The notes under the pieces are model-generated. The model ran no database searches. It saw nothing but the letters and a program-made list of their open reading frames with translations, and was not told where the DNA came from. 34,789 nt of DNA from Chloroflexota bacterium (lineage in GTDB: Bacteria; Chloroflexota; Anaerolineae; Promineifilales; Promineifilaceae), in NCBI GenBank assembly GCA_046484685.1, contig JAWOIM010000197.1, forward strand, positions 1 to 34,789. The letters are read 5' to 3'. This document shows positions 1 to 6,909 of this stretch, in pieces. Each line of letters begins with the position of its first letter. Positions within the stretch are counted from its first letter, which is position 1. Both the position numbers and the translations under genes were made by a program.

Positions 1-365
1 CTGGCGGCCAGGTCGTCGGTAATAATGCCGACAATGACGCCCGTTGTTTTGCCCTCCCCTTTCACCACATCGACAACCTGTCCCGTCACTTTGCCGTCAG
101 CTACGCGCTTCCAAAAGTTGTATTTTTGGGTAGTGGTGTCAGCAATATGGCCTATTTGGGCAATTTGATCTGGGCGGGGACCGGTAGAGATGTAGACGGA
201 AACGGCCGTTTCGCTGTACTCGCTTGGTTCATGGTAGAGGTAGAGGGCCTTACCGGGTTTGACGTGTTGCTCGATGATGGCCTGGCGGTCGCTCCCATCG
301 TCATTTTGGAAGCTTACACCCACCACTTTGGTGACAAATGTGTAGTGGTCGCTGTGGTCACTCAT
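1..365 (-). CDS. HIRAN-domain protein, N-terminal part (ORF runs off the left edge, so absent from the ORF track)
   Basis: Reverse-strand ATG at 365-363 gives MSDHSDHYTFVTKVVGVSFQNDDGSDRQAIIEQHVKPGKALYLYHEPSEYSETAVSVYI...GVIVGIITDDLAA. It is open to position 1. The VxGVxF...G..L.L.hEP....A..V pattern is typical of HIRAN domains. Confidence 0.7.
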   Translation of the reverse strand, partial: MSDHSDHYTFVTKVVGVSFQNDDGSDRQAIIEQHVKPGKALYLYHEPSEYSETAVSVYISTGPRPDQIAQIGHIADTTTQKYNFWKRVADGKVTGQVVDVVKGEGKTTGVIVGIITDDLAA

Positions 366-391
366 GATTTCCTGCCAATTTGCTGGCTTAT

Positions 392-446
392 TGTTTCAAA
401 ATGAAACAGTTTCGGGTTGACAAACCCGAATCACCTCGCGTATACT
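392..446. promoter_or_regulatory. Divergent control region: dyad TGTTTCA-AAA-TGAAACA (392-408) plus sigma70-like promoter TTGACA (417-422), 18-bp spacer, TATACT (441-446), facing the HTH gene
   Basis: Read directly from the sequence. It lies between the divergent HIRAN (-) and HTH (+) genes. The dyad half-sites equal the canonical parS half-site TGTTTCA. Confidence 0.55.
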
Positions 447-487
447 TTGCACAACTTGTTTAATTTGCTTATAGATTGGAGATTGCC

Positions 488-688
488 GTGGAAGAAAAAT
501 GGCTCACAACAACGGAAGTGGCTGAGCGGCTAAATGCCACCTCTCAGGCAGTGCGGGATTGGATTCGCGCTAAGCAATTCCCCAACGCGCGGCCAAAAAG
601 CCCGGTGCCCAGAAGTCCTTTTGAAATTCCTGAATCCGATGTATTAGCCTTTGAAGAAAGACGGCGGCAATCCATTCACAATCAGTAG
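488..688 (+). CDS. Excisionase/MerR-type helix-turn-helix DNA-binding protein (Xis or regulator)
   Basis: WLTTTEVAERLNATSQAVRDWIRAKQFP resembles the excisionase-family HTH. GGAG at 478-481 lies 6 nt before GTG 488 (the ORF track starts at TTG 476). Confidence 0.7.
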   Translation: MEEKWLTTTEVAERLNATSQAVRDWIRAKQFPNARPKSPVPRSPFEIPESDVLAFEERRRQSIHNQ

Positions 689-698
689 AAAAGATAAG

Positions 699-747
699 AA
701 AACGGCCGTTCCCCGGTACTCTCGCAAAGTTGGAGAACGGCCGTTTA
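699..747. repeat. Two copies of the iterated palindrome AACGGCCGTT (701-710, 736-745) between the HTH gene and the tRNA fragment
   Basis: gaaAACGGCCGTTcc ... gagAACGGCCGTTta, read directly. Confidence 0.9.
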
Positions 748-782
748 AGCGAACCTTAACAGCCAAATAACTTGACCGTTTG

Positions 783-845
783 AGCGGGCATCGGGATTCG
801 AACCCGAGATGACAGCTTGGGAAGCTGTAGTGTTAGCCACTGATC
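783..845 (-). other. 3' portion of a tRNA-Gly(CCC) gene (D-loop to discriminator), putative attP/att core
   Basis: On the minus strand: anticodon arm ACAGC-TTCCCAA-GCTGT (anticodon CCC), T-arm TCGGG-TTCGAAT-CCCGA, and 3' acceptor strand TGCCCGC plus T. No complementary 5' acceptor strand (GCGGGCA) or D-stem 5' strand lies upstream. It sits next to int. Confidence 0.65.
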
Positions 846-903
846 CAGTATACAAAAAATGGCTGTGTTAGTGGGGTATAAAAGAGATACAAAAAAGTAA
901 CAA

Positions 904-1923
904 TTACGGCTCTTCAAAATACCTTGCCCGCAATTCATCCTCGGTCCGCACGGCATAAACAGCGGCCGTAAACTCCGGACTGCTGTGGCCTAACCAGGCC
1001 GAAACGGTGGCCAGATCATAGCCGCCGTTGAGCTGACGGATGGCAAAACCATGCCGGAAGGCATGAGCGTTGCACCTGGGTGGATCGCCGGCGGCCTGCC
1101 GTAGACGCTTCAATAACGCTGACATACCGTTTCTGGTAAAACGGCCGTTGTGGCGCGTCGTAAACAGTGGCCCGTCAATCCCCGGCCGCTGCTTTATCCA
1201 TTCAGCCAACAAGCTGGCCTCACGGCCCCGGCCGTAGACCCAGCGCGGCTTGGCCCCCTTTCCTACCACGTGAACGGCAAAGCGCCGCTCCCCATCCTCT
1301 TGCCATAACTCAAACCTTCCGGCGTCAGCGTCCATCCCGATTAACTCACTAAGCCGGCAACCGGTGGCCCACAGCGTGGCTACCACCGCCCGGTCCCGCG
1401 ACAGGTCGGCCGCAGCCAGGAGCTTCTCGTAGCTGCCCCGGCTAATGGCTTTCGCCTGGCGTTGATTTTCCTGCAAGTAGGGAACGGCAGCGGCAGGGTT
1501 GATGGCGACGATACCATTGCGTTGCAGTCGGCCGTAAATGGTTCGCAGCGTTCTCAGATAGCTATTAATTGTGACCGGCCGGCAGCTATCGCCGGCAGCT
1601 AGCTCGCATTGCCAGCGATGAATATCTATAGGCGAAACGGCCGTTAGCTCCACATCTCCTAGGAATCGGATCAGGCTTCTAACAGCTACTCCAAACTGAC
1701 GGCGTGTATCGGCGGATATGTCGATTATGCCGGAAGCGTTGGGGGCAGCCAGATCAGGAATGTGAGACAGAGGAATTTGTGCCGTTGCTTGTTTCAGCCA
1801 GTCAATAGCCATAGAGACAACCTCAAAAGTTATTTGGTATCCAACGTTGGATTTTACGGCCGGAAACGGCCGTTTAGTCATGGCGGCGTGGCCTGGTCGG
1901 GGCACGCCGTCTATTTTAATCAT
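904..1923 (-). CDS. int: Tyrosine recombinase / phage integrase
   Basis: ATGCRLSEL..., HAFRHGFAIRQL, LGHSSPEFTAAVYA give the R...HxxR...Y catalytic signature. It is adjacent to the tRNA fragment. The start is uncertain (ATG 1923 or downstream). Confidence 0.9.
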   Translation of the reverse strand: MIKIDGVPRPGHAAMTKRPFPAVKSNVGYQITFEVVSMAIDWLKQATAQIPLSHIPDLAAPNASGIIDISADTRRQFGVAVRSLIRFLGDVELTAVSPIDIHRWQCELAAGDSCRPVTINSYLRTLRTIYGRLQRNGIVAINPAAAVPYLQENQRQAKAISRGSYEKLLAAADLSRDRAVVATLWATGCRLSELIGMDADAGRFELWQEDGERRFAVHVVGKGAKPRWVYGRGREASLLAEWIKQRPGIDGPLFTTRHNGRFTRNGMSALLKRLRQAAGDPPRCNAHAFRHGFAIRQLNGGYDLATVSAWLGHSSPEFTAAVYAVRTEDELRARYFEEP

Positions 1924-2032
1924 CTGCGATTATTTAGCAACTGAGTACATGGAAGTAATCATTGCTTTACTACATTAATAAACAGCAGCACAAACCGAGA
2001 AAGAACATTATTTACACAACACGGAGGCAACA

Positions 2033-2164
2033 ATGTCAAAACTCAATGAATTACAACGCAAAATCAACGAAGCCGCGGCCGCCGGCAACGTAACCGAGGC
2101 TGCTCGTCTGTCGCAAATCTATGTCAAACTGTACAAGGAATTGGAGGAAACGGCCGTATCATGA
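2033..2164 (+). CDS. Small hypothetical protein (43 aa), first gene of the early operon
   Basis: GGAGG lies 6 nt upstream of ATG 2033. Sequence: MSKLNELQRKINEAAAAGNVTEAARLSQIYVKLYKELEETAVS. The stop overlaps the next start (ATGA). Too short for the ORF track. Confidence 0.5.
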   Translation: MSKLNELQRKINEAAAAGNVTEAARLSQIYVKLYKELEETAVS

Positions 2165-3168
2165 TGATTTCACCTGAGCTTAGCAACCCGGCCACCGTGC
2201 TGCACGTCCTGAGCTACAAATCATCGCTGCCGGTTTTGATTGCGATGTGTATGGACGATTGTCCGCGACCGGTCAAGGTCAAATGGCTCGAACGGCGCAC
2301 CGGCATCACCAGGCACACCATCAATGAGAGTCTGATCTACTTGATGGAATCGCTGCAAATCGTCTTTCGCAGCGGCATCAAGCGGGCGTCGGCCTGGTGG
2401 CTGGCCAACGGAATCAGACAGCTACCGCTGCCATTCGTGCAGCATTTATCAGACGCAGACACGAGACCGTTCAACATGCTATCAGATGGACAGCAGATCA
2501 GCGTGGGATCTGACCACCGGACCATCGACGGCGGACCCGGCCGGCCTATTGCCGACCACCGGACCCCCGACCGCGAATCCGGCCAGCAAGCGCACCTGCT
2601 GCCATCCAGCGGCCAGTTGAACGGCTCTCATCATTCAATAATGGTGGATCATCCACCATTAACGCATGTTGTTGTTGATCATAGTATTAAAGATCATGAT
2701 CTTGTAATAAATGATCAACAACAACAAGAGCCGATAATGGTGGAAAATTTACCATTATCGGCCAGCCCCACCCGGCTGTTGCTGCGCTGGATGGGTGTCG
2801 ATGAGCCACTGCCCACCCAATTTGCCGATGCTGACCCGGCCTGGCCGCTGAGCTGCTACTGGTACAGCCAGGTGTGTGGAATGGGCAATCCGGCCGGCTA
2901 CGTGGCCAAGCGGCTGCGGACCGGCCAGGGCTGCCCACGGCCGTGGGCAAAGCTGGCACACACCTGGTTGAGTATGACCACAGAGAATCAGCTTGTCCTG
3001 CTGGATGAGTTGGCCGACCCGTACACGCGGGCAACCGGCCGGATCAGCCTGCCGTCCGATTTTCCGTTTGTGCCCTATCGGGAGGTTTTGCAACTATACC
3101 GGGCGACCGGTGGTGAGTTTGTGCCGGCGGAGATGATGCCTGTGGATAAAGGTGTGGATAACGATTAA
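2161..3168 (+). CDS. Putative replication initiator / winged-helix DNA-binding protein (function inferred)
   Basis: N-terminal wHTH-like segment KWLERRTGITRHTINESLIYLME. A central low-complexity linker (HHSIMVDHPPLTHVVVDHSIKDHDLVINDQQQQEPIMVENLPL) is encoded by the repeat block at 2637-2761. The gene sits at the head of the early operon. Confidence 0.5.
   Translation: MMISPELSNPATVLHVLSYKSSLPVLIAMCMDDCPRPVKVKWLERRTGITRHTINESLIYLMESLQIVFRSGIKRASAWWLANGIRQLPLPFVQHLSDADTRPFNMLSDGQQISVGSDHRTIDGGPGRPIADHRTPDRESGQQAHLLPSSGQLNGSHHSIMVDHPPLTHVVVDHSIKDHDLVINDQQQQEPIMVENLPLSASPTRLLLRWMGVDEPLPTQFADADPAWPLSCYWYSQVCGMGNPAGYVAKRLRTGQGCPRPWAKLAHTWLSMTTENQLVLLDELADPYTRATGRISLPSDFPFVPYREVLQLYRATGGEFVPAEMMPVDKGVDND
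2637..2761. repeat. AT-rich block of nested inverted/direct repeats with five GATC sites inside the initiator-like gene (candidate origin)
   Basis: TAATGGTGGA (2639-2648) / TCCACCATTA (2652-2661). GTTGTTGTTGATCAT (2668-2682) / ATGATCAACAACAAC (2711-2725). AAGATCATGATCTT (2690-2703). CCGATAATGGT (2731-2741) / ACCATTATCGG (2751-2761). GATC at 2647, 2677, 2692, 2698, 2713. Confidence 0.6.
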
Positions 3169-3219
3169 GGCAACAGCACCAAGCCCCGCCAAAAAAAAAT
3201 GATCGATAAGGAGAATAAC

Positions 3220-3651
3220 ATGATTCAGAAACAACAAAGCCTCATCCAATTTGCAGAGTTAGACGACATGCTCAAGGAACTGAATCCCGGCGATGTGGTG
3301 CGAGTGCAGTCCATATGTATTACCGAAGCTGAAGGATACAACGGCCTGGTCTCTGTACGTTGCTGGGGCGTGGCCGTCCGCCACATTACCAAAAAGGGGT
3401 TGATTTTATCTTGCTGGCTCCCTGCTTACCGCACCCAGATTATGGGGCAAAGCGAGAAAGGTAAAGAGAAAAAGGGCTGGGAATTGACCTATGATATGGA
3501 GCAGCAAATTAAACCACATCTCAAAGCATTCGATCTGGATATACGTCCGGGCATTGTCTTTTTAGATTTGGGAGCCAGCTTGCTTGTAAAAGCGAATTGG
3601 GCCAATCGTCCTCAGAAAACGGAGCAAGTTGATGATGGAAATAGCAATTAA
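3220..3651 (+). CDS. Hypothetical protein
   Basis: AAGGAG at 3208-3213 lies 6 nt before ATG 3220 (ORF track start 3199). No recognisable motif. Confidence 0.65.
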   Translation: MIQKQQSLIQFAELDDMLKELNPGDVVRVQSICITEAEGYNGLVSVRCWGVAVRHITKKGLILSCWLPAYRTQIMGQSEKGKEKKGWELTYDMEQQIKPHLKAFDLDIRPGIVFLDLGASLLVKANWANRPQKTEQVDDGNSN

Positions 3652-4288
3652 AGACCGGCCCGGCCCCAGCGCCACTGATGTATCCCAACGAATCATTGAG
3701 CCAGGTGATTTGATGGAATACAGCCGGCGCACATATTTCATCGATGACGACTGTGCCGATCTGGTACGGCCGTATGAGCGGCAGGTGCGGCCGGTGGCGG
3801 TGAAGGCTCCGTTACTGACTGCGCCGGCCCTGTGGCCTCACCGGCCGAAGGAGCAAATTGCTGTGGGTTACGCAGAGTATTTTACTGATGAGCGCTGCGC
3901 GGAGATTGCGCAGCGGGTAAGGGAAGGAGAAAGCTTTTCGTCCGTGTGCCACACCTATGACGCCTCGGCGCCGACCATTAAACGTTATCTGACGCTGGCC
4001 GGCTGGGATTATCTGACGGGATTACGGGCGGTGGCTAAGAAGCGGGAGCAGGCGGACAAGGTTGAGCCGGCGCGTTCGCGCGCGAACATTGAGGAAACGG
4101 CCGTTTCTGTGGCTGAGCCTGAGATGGTGGAGGAAACGGCCGTATCTGTAGCCGATGGCAAAACGGCCGTTTCTGTGGCTGACGGGCTGGATAGATTGAT
4201 TAGCTTACGGCGGCTGACCCAGGAGCTGCAAGCTGCCGGCGTCGGTGTTGAGATCAGCGGGGAAATATCCGTAACATTACGCTTTTAA
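3629..4288 (+). CDS. Hypothetical protein with an HTH-like segment and three ETAVSVA(D/E) repeats
   Basis: Overlaps the previous gene. ESFSSVCHTYDASAPTIKRYLTLAG looks HTH-like. The EETAVSVAEPEMVEETAVSVADGKTAVSVADG repeats are encoded by three copies of the iterated palindrome. Confidence 0.65.
   Translation: MMMEIAIKDRPGPSATDVSQRIIEPGDLMEYSRRTYFIDDDCADLVRPYERQVRPVAVKAPLLTAPALWPHRPKEQIAVGYAEYFTDERCAEIAQRVREGESFSSVCHTYDASAPTIKRYLTLAGWDYLTGLRAVAKKREQADKVEPARSRANIEETAVSVAEPEMVEETAVSVADGKTAVSVADGLDRLISLRRLTQELQAAGVGVEISGEISVTLRF
4074..4087. promoter_or_regulatory. Perfect 14-bp palindrome GTTCGCGCGCGAAC, a variant of the TGTTCGC-NN-GCGAACA dyad family, inside a CDS
   Basis: Read directly. It ends 3 nt before the first 26-bp ETAVS repeat unit (8 nt before its AACGGCCGTT core at 4096). 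Confidence 0.35.
4091..4182. repeat. Three ~26-bp direct repeats, each carrying the iterated palindrome, inside a CDS
   Basis: gaggAAACGGCCGTTTCTGTGGCTGA (4091-4116), gaggAAACGGCCGTaTCTGTaGCcGA (4131-4156), caaAACGGCCGTTTCTGTGGCTGA (4159-4182). Confidence 0.85.
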
Positions 4289-4290
4289 GC

Positions 4291-4322
4291 AAAAAGGCCG
4301 GTGTGTGACCACCAGCCTTTTT
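4291..4322 (+). terminator. Rho-independent terminator-like hairpin after CDS 3629..4288
   Basis: AAAAAGGCCGGTG-tgtgac-CACCAGCCTTTTT: 8-bp GC-rich stem with one mismatch, flanked by an A-run and a T-run. Confidence 0.6.
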
Positions 4323-4337
4323 AGAGGGAATCTTTTT

Positions 4338-4826
4338 ATGCAAAGACAAATGGATACTACCACTGTCACTACGATTGAACAAATATACCAACCAGGCGCA
4401 GCCTGGCTCAATGACGCTCTGGCCGACATCGTAGCCAGGCAGCCTGGCTACGTCTATTTGCTCCACCTGGCAGAGCCTATCGGCCAGCGGCAATCAGCAG
4501 CAGCGCGGGCAGCCCACGGCCTACCCCCTAGACAGAAGCAAAACTACAGGCCAACTGCCAGGCATTACCTGGGATGGTGTAAGGACCTGGCAGCGCGTAT
4601 GCAGGCCCACCAACAGGGAAACGGCAGCCGGTTTATGGCGGCCGCGAAACGGTCTGGGGTTGATTTTCAAGTAGTGCGCGTTTGGGTCGGGGATCGGGCA
4701 TGGGAACGGCAGCTAAAGGGGCGCAAAAATGCTCCCAGGCTTTGCCCGATCTGCAATAGCCCCATCCAGCGCAGTATTTTTGAATTAACGCCAGCCCAAA
4801 TTGAATACGAACTAATTGGATTCTAG
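4338..4826 (+). CDS. GIY-YIG-like nuclease-family protein (tentative)
   Basis: GYVYLLHL ... RHYLGWCKDLAARMQAHQQGNGSRF ... ERQLKGRKNAPRLCPIC. GAGGGA lies upstream of ATG 4338; the ORF-track start 4305 falls inside the terminator hairpin. Confidence 0.5.
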   Translation: MQRQMDTTTVTTIEQIYQPGAAWLNDALADIVARQPGYVYLLHLAEPIGQRQSAAARAAHGLPPRQKQNYRPTARHYLGWCKDLAARMQAHQQGNGSRFMAAAKRSGVDFQVVRVWVGDRAWERQLKGRKNAPRLCPICNSPIQRSIFELTPAQIEYELIGF

Positions 4827-4835
4827 GAGACCACA

Positions 4836-5237
4836 ATGACCCAACCAATAGCAGTTTCGCGAACCCCCGAACAGCGCGATGTGTGGCAGAAAGTCTTCGG
4901 CCGGCACTGGATGTACCTGGCCGATGATGTGGCGCGTTTTGCCGAGTTTCCGGACCACGGCCCCACCTTGTTCTATCTGCTGGACCTGGATCGGATAACC
5001 GACAATCAGATGACGGCGGCCGTCGAACATCTAGCCAACAAATTTGACCTTGACCTTGATCAGGTGCGGGCAGACATACAACAGCTTGGCCTACCGGTCC
5101 TGGTAGAAAATGTGGACGTTTGGTTTGCCTCACCAATAGAAGATATTACCCGCTATAACTCGCCTTGCCGGTGTGGTTTTGCGGGCAGACTGCCGGCCGG
5201 CTCTGATTGCCCGGCCTGCCAAAAGGAGACGAATTAA
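4836..5237 (+). CDS. Hypothetical protein with a C-terminal Cys cluster
   Basis: GGAG lies before ATG 4836. C-terminal CRCGFAGRLPAGSDCPACQ looks zinc-ribbon-like. Confidence 0.65.
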   Translation: MTQPIAVSRTPEQRDVWQKVFGRHWMYLADDVARFAEFPDHGPTLFYLLDLDRITDNQMTAAVEHLANKFDLDLDQVRADIQQLGLPVLVENVDVWFASPIEDITRYNSPCRCGFAGRLPAGSDCPACQKETN

Positions 5238-5238
5238 C

Positions 5239-5754
5239 GTGACTGACAATTTCACCATTACCGGCGTAAAAAAAATCATGGTACATCACGATTCGGGCGC
5301 AACCCGATTCGACAGCGACATCGAACTAATGGCCGCCATGCGTGGCATTGACCGGCACACGCTGGCCAACGCATTAGGACTTTTTCATCTCGGTCGCGAG
5401 TTGGAGGATGATATGGAAGGAGTCGCTTGCTTTCTGCAAGCGGCCGGGGCTGATGTGGTCTGGGTGCTGCGCGGCGCACAATATGCCTCACTGGCTTACG
5501 ACTTCAATCAATGTCCGTATTGTGACAGCCAGATCGAAATGGAGCCACTGGACCCAATAAACGACACATTTCAATGTACCGGCCTGGATCAACACCAGTT
5601 CCATATAAGCGACTTGCCTCATGGGGCCGAATTGCAAATAGCAGGCTCCCAAGCAGCCCCCCACCCCATGGTCATTTTAGCCAGGCTTCCGGCCGGCGAT
5701 AATGGTCCGGCTGGAATTTCATTTTATGGTGAGACAAAAGGAGGTGATGCTTAG
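5239..5754 (+). CDS. Hypothetical protein with a CxxC motif
   Basis: AAGGAG at 5223-5228 precedes GTG 5239, right after the previous stop. The ORF-track start 5173 would overlap the previous gene by 65 nt. Contains CPYCDSQ. Confidence 0.55.
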   Translation: MTDNFTITGVKKIMVHHDSGATRFDSDIELMAAMRGIDRHTLANALGLFHLGRELEDDMEGVACFLQAAGADVVWVLRGAQYASLAYDFNQCPYCDSQIEMEPLDPINDTFQCTGLDQHQFHISDLPHGAELQIAGSQAAPHPMVILARLPAGDNGPAGISFYGETKGGDA

Positions 5755-5817
5755 CGATTTGACACCAGACCACTGCCACCCTAACTGCTTATGGTCCTCT
5801 TCCTGGCAGTGGTCACA

Positions 5818-5877
5818 GAAACGGCCGTTTTCTGGCAGGATGATTGGCAACCCCTAAATGGAGAAAACGGCCGTTTT
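5818..5877. repeat. Two intergenic copies of the iterated palindrome (5820-5829, 5866-5875)
   Basis: agaAACGGCCGTTttctgg ... gaaAACGGCCGTTtttt. Confidence 0.9.
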
Positions 5878-5888
5878 TTACAAACAAA

Positions 5889-5930
5889 TAGCCCGCCTGG
5901 CAAATGGCTAACGGGCCACCAGGCGGGCTA
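5889..5930. repeat. Intergenic hairpin with 12-bp perfect arms
   Basis: TAGCCCGCCTGG (5889-5900) / CCAGGCGGGCTA (5919-5930), 18-nt loop, no T-run on the + strand. Confidence 0.6.
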
Positions 5931-5997
5931 AATCCAAACGGATTGTGCTGATTCTAGCACAGTCTGTCAATTCTCAAAGAGAGACAGAGAGGCAGTT

Positions 5998-6528
5998 ATG
6001 ACAGACATTATTAGTTTTGCGTTTACGTTCATGTTGTTTTTGGTAGATATATTCACGCTGTTTTTGATCGGCGGAATATTCTACATCATCGGTCTGGCCA
6101 TTCATACGATGGCCAGCAACCGCACGCCAAGATGGGATTCCATCTTCTACGTGCTGGTGATCTTGATGATGGCCATATGGCTGGTGCGCTGGTATCCAAC
6201 CCAGATAATCAGCAGCGTGCGTGTGTCGATGCAGGAGAGCCGGCCAGAAGCGGACCTGCTCCGTACTGAGGTACAGTATTGGCTGCCCGGCCTGGACCAG
6301 TGGCAGCCAACCCCGACCTGGGAACCGGCCCCGGCCGCTGCCCCGGTCGCGCCGCCGGCAGCCGACAAGATACCAGAGGAGGCCGTCGAGGTGCCACAGC
6401 CTCAACCTACGGAAACGGCCGTTTCACCCACGCCTATACCAACGACCACACCTACGGCCGTGGCCACCTTCGACCCGCACACCTGGAATCCGGCCACGCC
6501 GCCGCCCACACCGGAGAGACGACAATGA
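5998..6528 (+). CDS. Integral membrane protein with a proline-rich C-terminal tail
   Basis: Three hydrophobic helices (FAFTFMLFLVDIFTLFLIGGIFYIIGLAI; IFYVLVILMMAIWLV). The tail is rich in P/T/A. Confidence 0.7.
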   Translation: MTDIISFAFTFMLFLVDIFTLFLIGGIFYIIGLAIHTMASNRTPRWDSIFYVLVILMMAIWLVRWYPTQIISSVRVSMQESRPEADLLRTEVQYWLPGLDQWQPTPTWEPAPAAAPVAPPAADKIPEEAVEVPQPQPTETAVSPTPIPTTTPTAVATFDPHTWNPATPPPTPERRQ

Positions 6529-6908
6529 AACAGCGATTGATTGACCTCCGCGAACTGATGTGGGATCGGCCTGAGAACCGGCTGATCAGCATCTCACTGT
6601 TTGTGTTTTTCTGGACTGGTCTAGCCATCGGCCTGCTGGTGTTGGGGTGGTGGCTGTGGCCGGTGGCGTGGACCGACGCGACGCCGGCCCATCTGGACCC
6701 GACCTACCGCACCATCTACCTGCGCCAGACGGCCGACCTCTACGCCTACGAGCAGGATCCTGATCGAGTCATTGAGGCCCTGCTGCACTGGCGCGGCGAC
6801 CGGGCTGCCTGCGACCTGGCCCGCCAGGTCGCTGATCCGGCCGAAAAGGCACGGCTTGTGATGACGGCTTATACGATCAATGGCATCGGTTGTACCTGGG
6901 AGGATTGA
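6525..6908 (+). CDS. Single-pass membrane protein
   Basis: ATG 6525 overlaps the previous stop (ATGA). MKQRLIDL...ISISLFVFFWTGLAIGLLVLGWWLW. The ORF-track start 6279 lies out of frame inside the previous gene. Confidence 0.65.
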   Translation: MKQRLIDLRELMWDRPENRLISISLFVFFWTGLAIGLLVLGWWLWPVAWTDATPAHLDPTYRTIYLRQTADLYAYEQDPDRVIEALLHWRGDRAACDLARQVADPAEKARLVMTAYTINGIGCTWED

Positions 6909-6909
6909 C

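Noticed and set aside
756-860. An intact tRNA gene next to the integrase
   Set aside because: The anticodon arm, T-arm and 3' acceptor strand are clear. However, no sequence complementary to TGCCCGC and no D-stem 5' strand exist upstream, so it is a 3' fragment (att core), not a functional tRNA.
5866-5880. Iterated palindrome copies followed by T-runs (5866, 12563, 34521) as intrinsic terminators
   Set aside because: A perfect palindrome with no loop can form at most a 5-bp A/U-rich stem around a GGCC loop, which is too weak for a convincing terminator. Better hairpins exist nearby.
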